A DNA stretch of 32,000 nt from the NCBI GenBank assembly GCA_027460535.1, contig JAPZAR010000027.1, forward strand, positions 60,001 through 92,000, written 5' to 3'. This document shows positions 1 through 7,613 of the stretch, piece by piece. The stretch comes from Candidatus Methanoperedens sp. (GTDB taxonomy: Archaea; Halobacteriota; Methanosarcinia; Methanosarcinales; Methanoperedenaceae). Under the pieces are notes generated by a model. It saw only the letters and a program-made list of their open reading frames with translations, made no database searches and was not told where the DNA came from. The stretch's first letter is position 1, and every line of letters starts with the position of its first letter. The translations under genes and the position numbers were made by a program.

Positions 1-432
1 CATGCCTGCCAGGAAGTACCCTCCATCCTCGCAAGGCCCAATGACAATATCAACTTCATCCAATCGTCGCAGCGCCTCCCGTATATAATCCGGGGGCAGG
101 TTTGGAGTATCGCTATCCAGCATCACAACCTTCTCAAAGCCTCGATCAAACAGGATATTCGATATGTTTGCAAGTCTTTCACCAAGATCAGCACCCACCT
201 GGCTGATGAGAGTAAACGCAGGAGGTATGATGCTTCGAAAAAATTTCTCTTCGGCGACAGGTGTATAGGCCAAAAAGGGTTGCGCTTCCTTTATAGTTTT
301 AACCTGCTCAATCTTATCCAGCAGGAAATTATGATAGAGGCGAGCTGCTGCTTCCGGTTTCAGCGGAGGGGTCAGCCTGGTCTTGACTTCATTCGGTAAA
401 GGTGCCTTGGCCATAATTACAATCGCGTCCAT
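1..432 (-). CDS. DUF2064 / TIGR04282-like GT-A fold glycosyltransferase; only the N-terminal 144 codons are in the window and the 3' end runs off the left edge
   Basis: My own translation of the minus strand from the ATG at 432-430 gives MDAIVIMAKAPLPNEVKTRLTPPLKPEAAARLYHNFLLDKI...FEKVVMLDSDTPNLPPDYIREALRRLDEVDIVIGPCEDGGYFLAGM. This has the family pattern KaP.pG.VKTRL, a DxD-like DSD and P.eDGGY.L.G. The frame is open to position 1. The start lies 4 nt after the upstream methyltransferase stop. Confidence 0.7.
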   Translation of the reverse strand, partial: MDAIVIMAKAPLPNEVKTRLTPPLKPEAAARLYHNFLLDKIEQVKTIKEAQPFLAYTPVAEEKFFRSIIPPAFTLISQVGADLGERLANISNILFDRGFEKVVMLDSDTPNLPPDYIREALRRLDEVDIVIGPCEDGGYFLAGM

Positions 433-436
433 AGGT

Positions 437-1246
437 TTACGCCTTTTTACCTATCAGCCTGCCCCATCCCACTTTTCCCTCGTCTGCAGCCCTGACCCAT
501 TCATGAAGACCCTGATCAGCCACCTGGAATATCTTTTCTCCATACTGCTCAATTATCAAATTTTTCAATTCGTTGCGAAGCTTATTCTGGTATATGTGAC
601 AATGACAGACAAAATCTTTGCTTATGTCCTCTATTTCTACAATCGCAAAACCCTCTTCCATCAATAATTGTTCATATCCCTCCAGCGTTTCCATGTATGG
701 GAATGCCATGAAATTATTGAGGTTCTCCCACTCCATATCAGTCATATTTCCTGTCTGTATCCAATCCGTAAAAGCGATAGTTCCTCCCGGTTTCAGAACC
801 CTGTGGGCCTCGCTTATCAGCTTTTTCTTATCTGTAATATAGCACCAGGCATCCTGCCCCCAAACCACATCGAAAGTGCCTGCATGAAAAGGCATGTCCA
901 GGGCATTCCCCGGCCTGAAAGTGACAAGATGGGAGAGACCTTCACTTTTCGTTCGCTCGGTAGCTTCGTTCACCATCTTTATTGTGGCGTCAAGCCCCTT
1001 CACCCTGCATCCATACTTCCGTGCCAGGTGCCTCGCTGGCCCGCCCAGGGCGCTGCACACGTCCAGTACCATCATGTTCCTGGTTATCCTCGCTTTCTCG
1101 GCCAGAATCTCTGTCTCACGCTCGCCCCCCACGTGAATTTCTTCCCCCATCAGCGCCTCCCATAATACACCCACCGGGCCTTCATATATTCCATTAACGT
1201 CTGCTATGGTGAAATCCAGTCTTTTTCCTTTTACAATTTTATCCAT
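437..1246 (-). CDS. Class I SAM-dependent methyltransferase (Methyltransf_11-like; resembles sarcosine/dimethylglycine and phosphoethanolamine N-methyltransferases)
   Basis: 269-aa ORF. SAM-binding motif I is VLDVCSALGGPARHLA. It also has the acidic loop GLD, post-I DVVWGQDAW and LKPGGTIAFTDW. It overlaps the upstream radical SAM gene by 8 nt. Confidence 0.85.
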   Translation of the reverse strand: MDKIVKGKRLDFTIADVNGIYEGPVGVLWEALMGEEIHVGGERETEILAEKARITRNMMVLDVCSALGGPARHLARKYGCRVKGLDATIKMVNEATERTKSEGLSHLVTFRPGNALDMPFHAGTFDVVWGQDAWCYITDKKKLISEAHRVLKPGGTIAFTDWIQTGNMTDMEWENLNNFMAFPYMETLEGYEQLLMEEGFAIVEIEDISKDFVCHCHIYQNKLRNELKNLIIEQYGEKIFQVADQGLHEWVRAADEGKVGWGRLIGKKA

Positions 1247-2324
1247 TTTTCATTTTTCCGGCATTTGAATAATTATCAGGGTTCATCCAGCATTTTGGAT
1301 CAGGTGCGAGCATGTCCCCTGTTTCATAATATGCCTGCGCCCTGCATCCCCAGCACACCGAATTATTTTCACATGTCCCGCAGTATCCCTGCATATTGCC
1401 CGGATTCCGGATGTGAGTTAGAAGGAGATTATCTCTCTGCTGCTCAATTATATTTTCCAGAGAAGTCTCATGGATATTCCCAAACCCTTTCCTTATGACA
1501 GAACATGGTGTAACGTCCCCGTCAATGGTAACACATACAATCCCGCCGCAATAGAACTTATTGGCATCCATGGTGCTCATTGAAAGACTTGAATTAGAGT
1601 AGTTGACCTCATCCCTGAACTCGCATGCTTCCCTGATATTCCGGATGCTGGGGCTCCATTCGGGATGTTCCAGGGCAAGACCTGCCATGCACATCTGGGT
1701 CAGGCAGGTTCTCATACCTTTTTCTTCGAAGAAGAATCTGGTCGTCCTCCTGACATCCTCTCCGGCAACAAGGTTCGTGAATGTGATGCAGTTGATCATA
1801 TTCTCGGGTCTCTTGCCAAGGGATTGGATATTATCAATGCCCTGTAATATCGCTTTTATCTTCTTTTCCGGATCCCCTGTGTGGAGCCTGCCATATATTC
1901 CTTCATCAAGACTATCAAGATGCACTGATATGAACCCCCCTTCTGACATCTCGACTGCTTTTCTTGCCACATCTCTATTCTCCAGTGGAATTCCGCTTGT
2001 CCAGATATTGTTCCTCAAACCCTTATTCATGGCATACTGCATCAGTTCATACCAGTCTTCACGCACAAGTGGATCGCCGCCGAGCCAGTCGATGGCTTTA
2101 ACTCCCATCCCTGCCGCGGAATCAATGACTGCAAGGATGTCTGATGCCGGAAGCTCTTTCATCGGTGCGCCCCCGGAAAAAGCATAACAGTAAAGGCATC
2201 CCTGGGGGCAGGCGAGATTTGACTCGATCTGAACGGAATACACTTTCCCTTCATTGAAATACCTCATTTCTTCGGAATAATCCGGATGCAGGCAGCCGCA
2301 GGTCATTACAGACTCGTTACCCAT
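1239..2324 (-). CDS. Radical SAM protein with C-terminal SPASM/twitch-type auxiliary Fe-S cluster domain
   Basis: 361-aa ORF. The CxxxCxxC motif is CPQGCLYC near the N-terminus. A GGDPL glycine-rich SAM motif is present. C-terminal Cys clusters are CGGIVCVTIDGDVTPCS and CGTCENNSVCWGCRAQAY, typical of SPASM. Confidence 0.85.
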   Translation of the reverse strand: MGNESVMTCGCLHPDYSEEMRYFNEGKVYSVQIESNLACPQGCLYCYAFSGGAPMKELPASDILAVIDSAAGMGVKAIDWLGGDPLVREDWYELMQYAMNKGLRNNIWTSGIPLENRDVARKAVEMSEGGFISVHLDSLDEGIYGRLHTGDPEKKIKAILQGIDNIQSLGKRPENMINCITFTNLVAGEDVRRTTRFFFEEKGMRTCLTQMCMAGLALEHPEWSPSIRNIREACEFRDEVNYSNSSLSMSTMDANKFYCGGIVCVTIDGDVTPCSVIRKGFGNIHETSLENIIEQQRDNLLLTHIRNPGNMQGYCGTCENNSVCWGCRAQAYYETGDMLAPDPKCWMNPDNYSNAGKMKNG

Positions 2325-2385
2325 CTTATATCACATCAGCATTCAGTAAACTTGTTCAGCATATATATCTGTATTGATTCCAAAT

Positions 2386-3039
2386 TCATCGGATAGAAAG
2401 CAGAGGAATAATTATCATCAAAATGGCCCAGGCAAAACAAAGCTTTGAGACCGCAAACCCTCCCAGCGTTTTGACATATCTCTCCATTGCAGCGAGCGGG
2501 ATCAGTACCAAAAGCATGGCGTTGAAGATGGTCGTGGGAATATCATGTTCTACCGGCAGGTCATTGAGGAAAGGAGCCGGATTTGACCACCTTGTCACAA
2601 AGAATATCAGAGGCATGTGTGCAAGCCCGATATAGGAGAAGTTCAAAAGATGTATCGAAAGCCACGCCCTGAGTCTCGGATTCGGATGCATGAGTTCGGT
2701 GCCCCCTTTCTCAACCAGGAATAAAATGACAACGACGATGAGGAACGCGATAGCGATGATAATACCAGTATCCCACGGCAGGATGGCAAGCATGGTCGGG
2801 ATGGTCACCACGAAAGCGGAAATGACCGTTATCAGCTGGCAGGAGAGCTTTCTCAGATTATATGCCAGGCCCACCGTTATGAAAACTATGGGGATAATGA
2901 AGTTATGCCCCCAGCGAGGGTCTTTCTCAAATAAAGGGTATGCGGGGCCGAGCCAGAATAAAAGCCATGCTATTCCTATCAATAAAAATGCTGTGCCGAC
3001 TGTCATGGCCTTGTCTAATTCAAGTTTTAACGTTCCCAC
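2386..3039 (-). CDS. Hypothetical polytopic membrane protein (about 6 predicted TM helices); first gene of the minus-strand cluster
   Basis: 217-aa ORF made of long hydrophobic segments. I recognise no family motif. It is co-directional with, and 61 nt upstream of, the radical SAM gene. Confidence 0.6.
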   Translation of the reverse strand: MGTLKLELDKAMTVGTAFLLIGIAWLLFWLGPAYPLFEKDPRWGHNFIIPIVFITVGLAYNLRKLSCQLITVISAFVVTIPTMLAILPWDTGIIIAIAFLIVVVILFLVEKGGTELMHPNPRLRAWLSIHLLNFSYIGLAHMPLIFFVTRWSNPAPFLNDLPVEHDIPTTIFNAMLLVLIPLAAMERYVKTLGGFAVSKLCFAWAILMIIIPLLSIR

Positions 3040-3085
3040 TGATAACCATATTAATTTTTAAATATTTGAGAGTTTCTCTATCCGT

Positions 3086-3778
3086 ATGATCTCTATAATT
3101 ACGCCGCTTCTCAACGAGGAAGGCTATATCGAGCCTTTCATTTCTCATCTCAGGGAGCTGCAAGGTGATTTTGAACTGATACTGGTGGACGGCAAAAGTA
3201 GCGACGGAACATTGGAGGAAGCGGGAAGATGCAGGAAGGGATTCGAGCACAGGTTTATTCTGCTGGAAGGTTCTCGCGGCAGGGCCAGCCAGATGAACGT
3301 GGGCGCAAAGAATGCCCGGGGAGATATCCTGTTATTCCTCCACGTGGACTGTTTTATCCCGAAGGATTCGCTCTTTCTGATTGAGAGAACGGTTTATCAA
3401 GAAATGGCTGCAGGTGGGGGTTTCAGGCAGGCTTTTGCCAATCCTGATACGTTCTTAAAGCTCCAGAGCGCCATCGGGAACATGCGCGCAAAGATCACAG
3501 GGACATTCTACGGGGATTACGGGATATTTATGAGAAAAGATATTTTTGAAAAGATGGGCGGGTTCGATAATGTTCCCTTCCTTGAGGATGTGGAAATCTG
3601 CAGGAAAGCAAAGAAGTTCGGCAGGCTTGCCCGCATAGACCGGGTCATAACCACATCACCCAGGCGGTATCTGAGCAAGGGAAGAGCCAGGCTGATGGCT
3701 GCCTTCATTCTTGCCATCTTGTTCAATGCGGTGGGTTTGCACCCCGGGTTCCTTACAGAATATATCGTGGATAAATAG
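3086..3778 (+). CDS. Family-2 glycosyltransferase, TIGR04283-like
   Basis: 230-aa ORF. Motifs seen: ISIITPLLNEE, ELILVDGKSSDGT, GRASQMNVGA, GDILLFLHVDCFIP, YGDYGIFMRK, LEDVEICRK and TSPRRYLSKG. These match the pattern I recall for this GT2 subfamily. It is divergent from the membrane-protein gene across a 46-bp spacer. Confidence 0.8.
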   Translation: MISIITPLLNEEGYIEPFISHLRELQGDFELILVDGKSSDGTLEEAGRCRKGFEHRFILLEGSRGRASQMNVGAKNARGDILLFLHVDCFIPKDSLFLIERTVYQEMAAGGGFRQAFANPDTFLKLQSAIGNMRAKITGTFYGDYGIFMRKDIFEKMGGFDNVPFLEDVEICRKAKKFGRLARIDRVITTSPRRYLSKGRARLMAAFILAILFNAVGLHPGFLTEYIVDK

Positions 3779-3817
3779 AGGAGGTTTAGGAATTACGATA
3801 GTGTCAAAAAGTTTGTG

Positions 3818-3916
3818 TTGATATTCCCTGCATGTTCCTTCTATCTTTTCCTGCTGCTCTTCACTTTGCATGATCAATATTGCATTCCCGCCTATCGCTA
3901 TTACTATCCGGCTCAT
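3818..3916 (-). pseudogene. Possible relic of the 5' end of a carbamate kinase (amino-acid kinase family) gene
   Basis: ORF 3656..3916 begins MSRIVIAIGGNAILIMQSEEQQEKIEGTCREYQ. The xRIVIAxGGNAl motif followed by an EEQ segment is the typical carbamate kinase N-terminus. After about 33 codons the frame runs antisense into the GT2 gene and loses all resemblance. Confidence 0.3.
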
Positions 3917-3957
3917 ACTTTTATCATAATTAGCTTGATCCTTTTTATTTTACTTGT

Positions 3958-4797
3958 TCATTTCATGCCGATATTTTCCGCTTTTTTCCACAGGTCATTA
4001 AAATGCTCCAGGTATGACTCAAATATTCCGTCTTTGCTGCGCGTGAATTCCATGGTCGGACAAGCTCTTCGTCTCTTATTATATAAATAAGGTGTTACTC
4101 TCATCAGATTTTCATCTATGATCGTCATGGCGCACAATGGATAGTTATCGTAAAATCTTATTTCCACATTTTGTTTAAATTCATCTTTTAAATTCTTCAT
4201 AAACTCTTTTTCAAGATTATGCAGGCGAATTATTTGACCTTTGAGGTTTTCATTGTTTTCATCCTTTTCCCTATATGCTACATGTGGTGAGTCTGGATTC
4301 AAGATCAAGATCTGCAAAGTACATCCCTCCTCTACAATAGATTTAAGTCTTGTCCATTCGTCGCTGTCGGGATAGAAATAATAATTGAGCGATACACCCA
4401 GCAATTTAATATTTTTTGTGGCAAGATCAAGGATATCGGTACTTCCTCCTTTTTTATACACGTTTAGAAGTCCGGATTTCCTGACAGATTCACTTATTGA
4501 TTTTACTTTTTCACAGTGTTGTGTTATCATGAACATGAAGTTGGTTCTGAAAAACTCCTCAATAAGATCCATCATATTCCTGCGTAAGAAATATTCATAG
4601 AATAATATCGCAAAACCAATGATTATCAATGCAATCCCTATTTCTTTGAACACATCCTCCCTGATAATGGAAATCAAGTCTTTGTCTGGTGATACCAGTA
4701 TGACGATGATTGCACCTGAGATAAGAATAGATAAAGAGAGAAGAATTATTTTATAAAATAAAACCAGTTTTAATAATTTCTCTGCTATTTGTGCCAT
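3958..4797 (-). CDS. Hypothetical membrane protein: two N-terminal TM helices plus a ~180-aa soluble C-terminal domain (tentatively DUF5919 / PLD-like fold)
   Basis: 279-aa ORF. TM segments are LVLFYKIILLSLSILISGAIIVILV and IGIALIIIGFAILFYEYFL. The C-terminal pattern is KLLGVSL...LQILILNPDSP...VEIRFYDNYPLCAMTIIDENLMRVTPYLY...HFNDLW. The DNA is very AT-rich: one 60-nt line counted by hand is 20% GC. Confidence 0.6.
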   Translation of the reverse strand: MAQIAEKLLKLVLFYKIILLSLSILISGAIIVILVSPDKDLISIIREDVFKEIGIALIIIGFAILFYEYFLRRNMMDLIEEFFRTNFMFMITQHCEKVKSISESVRKSGLLNVYKKGGSTDILDLATKNIKLLGVSLNYYFYPDSDEWTRLKSIVEEGCTLQILILNPDSPHVAYREKDENNENLKGQIIRLHNLEKEFMKNLKDEFKQNVEIRFYDNYPLCAMTIIDENLMRVTPYLYNKRRRACPTMEFTRSKDGIFESYLEHFNDLWKKAENIGMK

Positions 4798-5055
4798 TTC
4801 CTCACCCCAGCGCTATTAATATAATTATCTAAACGGCATCGTATTTCAAACCTTGTATGATGGTTTGCATTGTATTCTTTTTCAGGTTAAATGCAGTCCT
4901 GACATTTTTTCGCTGATTTTTTTTCATCACTATTACTTCATTCATGTTCCTTTGCCATCCAAAAGCCTTAGAAAAGCGTCCTAAGATCGATTCTGGCTGA
5001 ATTGTTCTAACAAAAGCAATTTGGAGTTTCACCCCACCCGCGGAATTACAATACC

Positions 5056-5063
5056 TTTATATT
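5056..5063 (+). promoter_or_regulatory. Putative archaeal TATA box for hisB
   Basis: TTTATATT is centred about 31 nt upstream of the hisB ATG (5090). No SD is seen, which suggests a leaderless or very short-leader mRNA. Confidence 0.35.
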
Positions 5064-5089
5064 CCTATCCAATAATATAATCCCCCATC

Positions 5090-5665
5090 ATGCGGGAATC
5101 AAAACTTACACGGAAAACCAACGAGACCGATATCGAACTTAAATTTTCACTGGAGGGTTCTGGTAATACTGACATCAACACCGGTATCGCGTTCTTTGAT
5201 CACATGCTCAACTCTTTTGCAAAACACGGCTCCTTCAACCTTATGGTAAAGGCAAGCGGCGACCTCACGGTGGACGACCACCATACAATAGAGGATGTAG
5301 GCATAACATTGGGCAGCGCGATTGTAAAAGCACTGGGTGATAAGAAAGGAATTGAACGCTTCTCTGACGCCCGCGTACCCATGGATGAGGCGCTTGCTGA
5401 CGTTGCGATCGATATCAGTGGGCGAAGTTTTCTCGCATTCAATGCCACTTTCGCAAACCAGAAGATAGGTGGGTTCAATCCGCAGAACACGCGGCACTTT
5501 TTCGAATCGCTGGTAAGCAATGCGGGCATCAATGCGCACATGAGCGTCACGGGTGAGAACGACCACCATAAGATCGAGGCGCTCTTCAAGGCTTTTGGCA
5601 TCGCACTCAAAAGAGCGGCAGAAATAAGCGGCTCCGGTGTGCCGAGCACAAAGGGCGTTCTATAA
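5090..5665 (+). CDS. hisB: Imidazoleglycerol-phosphate dehydratase
   Basis: 191-aa ORF with RKTNETDIELKFSLEG, GIAFFDHML, DDHHTIEDVGI and ENDHHKIEALFKAFG. These are the canonical HisB metal-binding motifs. Confidence 0.95.
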   Translation: MRESKLTRKTNETDIELKFSLEGSGNTDINTGIAFFDHMLNSFAKHGSFNLMVKASGDLTVDDHHTIEDVGITLGSAIVKALGDKKGIERFSDARVPMDEALADVAIDISGRSFLAFNATFANQKIGGFNPQNTRHFFESLVSNAGINAHMSVTGENDHHKIEALFKAFGIALKRAAEISGSGVPSTKGVL

Positions 5666-6505
5666 AACCTTATTCAGGATACTTCCGGCGATGAAGGCGA
5701 TAAGTGCAAAGAACATCGCCACCTTAAAATATCTGGAAGAAGCCGATGGTTCCTTTTTTAGTATCAGGAGCACAGCATATATAAAAATGAGATCGGCGAC
5801 ACCGACCGCAAAGAGATAATGCCTGCTGAAAAGTCCCATAACGTAAGGTACGGGGCTCAAACCAACTGCAAGGAGCCCGATTAGCGATGCGATATAGGCA
5901 GAAGGACGCTCTCCTATCCTGATGGGCAGAGTCATAGCCCCATCCTTTCTGTCCCCTTCGATATCCTCGATCGCCTTTACTATCTCCCTGGCGAGGGTAG
6001 CCAGCATGGATAGGAAAAAGAGGATGATAGTGATCTCGATACCTTTTCCGCCGTATGCGGCCCCGCCAAAAAGGAATGTTGAGCCGGAGAGGTAACTCAC
6101 GCTTAGGTTACCCACAAAGACTTTCCTTTTCAGGGAAAAAGCATAGAGACAGAGCAGCAGGGAGTTGATTACGGCAATAATTAAAGGGATGATGGACTCA
6201 CCTATAAAGTAGGCGATCATGATACCTCCCGCAAACAGGGCGATTGAAAAACCAAAAGCTGATTCTTTTTTTATTCGCCCTGAAGGTATGGGGCGGCCCG
6301 GGCGGTTGATGGCATCGATACCCGAATCAAAATAATCATTGATCGCGTTCCCCGCGCCTGTTATCAGGAAAACCGTGATGAAAACCAGCGGCATCCAGAT
6401 GAGTTCTCCAGGCACAGCACTGTATGCTATGGCCGCACCGATGACAGCGGCAAGCCCTGCCATGGCGCAGTTCCTGTATCTCATCAATTCAAGAAATACC
6501 ATCAA
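5660..6505 (-). CDS. UbiA-family prenyltransferase, most likely digeranylgeranylglyceryl phosphate (DGGGP) synthase
   Basis: 281-aa polytopic protein with NAINDYFDSGIDAINRPGRPIPSG (the UbiA Asp-rich motif) and a second motif, KAIEDIEGD. Its start overlaps the nadA stop by 4 nt. Confidence 0.85.
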   Translation of the reverse strand: MMVFLELMRYRNCAMAGLAAVIGAAIAYSAVPGELIWMPLVFITVFLITGAGNAINDYFDSGIDAINRPGRPIPSGRIKKESAFGFSIALFAGGIMIAYFIGESIIPLIIAVINSLLLCLYAFSLKRKVFVGNLSVSYLSGSTFLFGGAAYGGKGIEITIILFFLSMLATLAREIVKAIEDIEGDRKDGAMTLPIRIGERPSAYIASLIGLLAVGLSPVPYVMGLFSRHYLFAVGVADLIFIYAVLLILKKEPSASSRYFKVAMFFALIAFIAGSILNKVL

Positions 6506-7410
6506 TCGCCCCGTCCCACGGCCAGCATCCTGTCAAGCGCCTGCTTTGCTTTTATCCTGATACCTTCAGGGACTTTGATTACATGCTCATTTTTTTCAAG
6601 CGCCCGGATTATACTTCCCAGCGTGTTCATTTTCATGTTCGGGCAGACCGCGTATCTTGTGGCTGGGAAGAATTTCTTTCCCGGGTTCTCTTTAATCAGG
6701 CGATGCAAAAGCCCTATCTCTGTTCCTATTATGAACTCTCTGGAATTTGACTGGCCTGCATATTTCAGCATGCCTGCCGTGCTTAGAACCTTATCTGCAA
6801 GCGCGATGACATCGGGCCTGCATTCAGGATGGACAAGAATCTCGGCTTCAGGATGCTCTTCCTTTTCAAGCAGAATGTCACCAGGGAGGATCAGATGATG
6901 CGTGGGGCAGTACCCATTCCATGGGATGATCTTCTTTTCGGTATTCGCTGCCACGTACATGGCCAGATTTTTGTCCGGGACAAAGAGTATCTCCTTTTCT
7001 TCCAGCGCATTTACGACTTTGATGGCATTTGCTGATGTGCAGCAGATATCGCTTTCAGCTTTCACGGAAGCCGGCGTGTTGACATAACAAACCACGGCAG
7101 CACCGGGATGTTTTTTTTTCTCAACCCTCAGGGACTCAGGGGTTATCATGGCCGCCATGGGGCACTGGGCGTTCAATTCCGGCATAAGAACTATTTTTTC
7201 CGGGTTCAGAATGGCCGCGCTCTCTGCCATGAAGTCCACGCCGCAAAAAACAATAACATCCGCGCCGCTCGAAACCGCCTTCTGGCTCAGGCCGAAAGAA
7301 TCTCCCACGAAATCCGCCGCATCCTGCACATCGCCACGCTGGTAATTGTGGGCAAGGATGATCGCATTTCTTTCTTTCTTCAATTGTTTGATCCTTGCGA
7401 GTTCGTCCAT
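6502..7410 (-). CDS. nadA: Quinolinate synthase
   Basis: The NadA pattern starts at MDELARIKQLKKERNAIILAHNYQ. It continues with DFVGDS, VFCGVDFMAE, CPM and the C-terminal NMK..TL region. I place the start at the ATG at 7410-7408. The 58 extra upstream codons of track ORF 6502..7584 show no NadA-like sequence and cover an intergenic inverted repeat. Confidence 0.9.
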   Translation of the reverse strand: MDELARIKQLKKERNAIILAHNYQRGDVQDAADFVGDSFGLSQKAVSSGADVIVFCGVDFMAESAAILNPEKIVLMPELNAQCPMAAMITPESLRVEKKKHPGAAVVCYVNTPASVKAESDICCTSANAIKVVNALEEKEILFVPDKNLAMYVAANTEKKIIPWNGYCPTHHLILPGDILLEKEEHPEAEILVHPECRPDVIALADKVLSTAGMLKYAGQSNSREFIIGTEIGLLHRLIKENPGKKFFPATRYAVCPNMKMNTLGSIIRALEKNEHVIKVPEGIRIKAKQALDRMLAVGRGD

Positions 7411-7501
7411 AATTTGTGTGTAAAACTGTATCCTATTGCTTAAATGTTTTACCGAAAAGTTGTTGTAAAATTCTTTGGTGTCAAATCTTCGTATAAAGTA
7501 A

Positions 7502-7568
7502 CTTTGCGCTCTTTGCGTGCTTTGCGGTGCAGGATTTTTCACCACAGAGGGCGCAAAGTACGCAAAGG
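7502..7568. promoter_or_regulatory. Heptamer array / 16-bp inverted repeat in the cbiA-nadA spacer
   Basis: CTTTGCG occurs at 7502, 7511 and 7520, and its complement CGCAAAG at 7552 and 7561, with 9-nt spacing. Segments 7511-7526 and 7552-7567 can pair over 16 bp with one G-T, leaving a 25-nt loop. The element lies 46 nt past the upstream gene's stop and about 90 nt before the nadA start. Confidence 0.4.
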
Positions 7569-7613
7569 ATTTGCTCAATACCAAACTTTTTTACAGTTCC
7601 ATTCCGAAAAAGG

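Noticed and set aside
4829-5032. 67-aa GTG-start minus-strand ORF upstream of the 2TM protein gene
   Set aside because: It has no convincing SD, no recognisable motif and a basic low-complexity tail. It is kept only as a possible partner gene in the islet finding, not as a supported feature.
7411-7584. 58-codon N-terminal extension of the nadA ORF in the six-frame track (MVLSKSFAYFAPSVVKNPAPQSTQRAQS...)
   Set aside because: The extension has no NadA-like sequence and is low-complexity. It is read straight through the CTTTGCG inverted-repeat element. NadA homology begins at the internal Met (MDELARIKQLKKERNAIILAHNY), so the start is placed at 7410.
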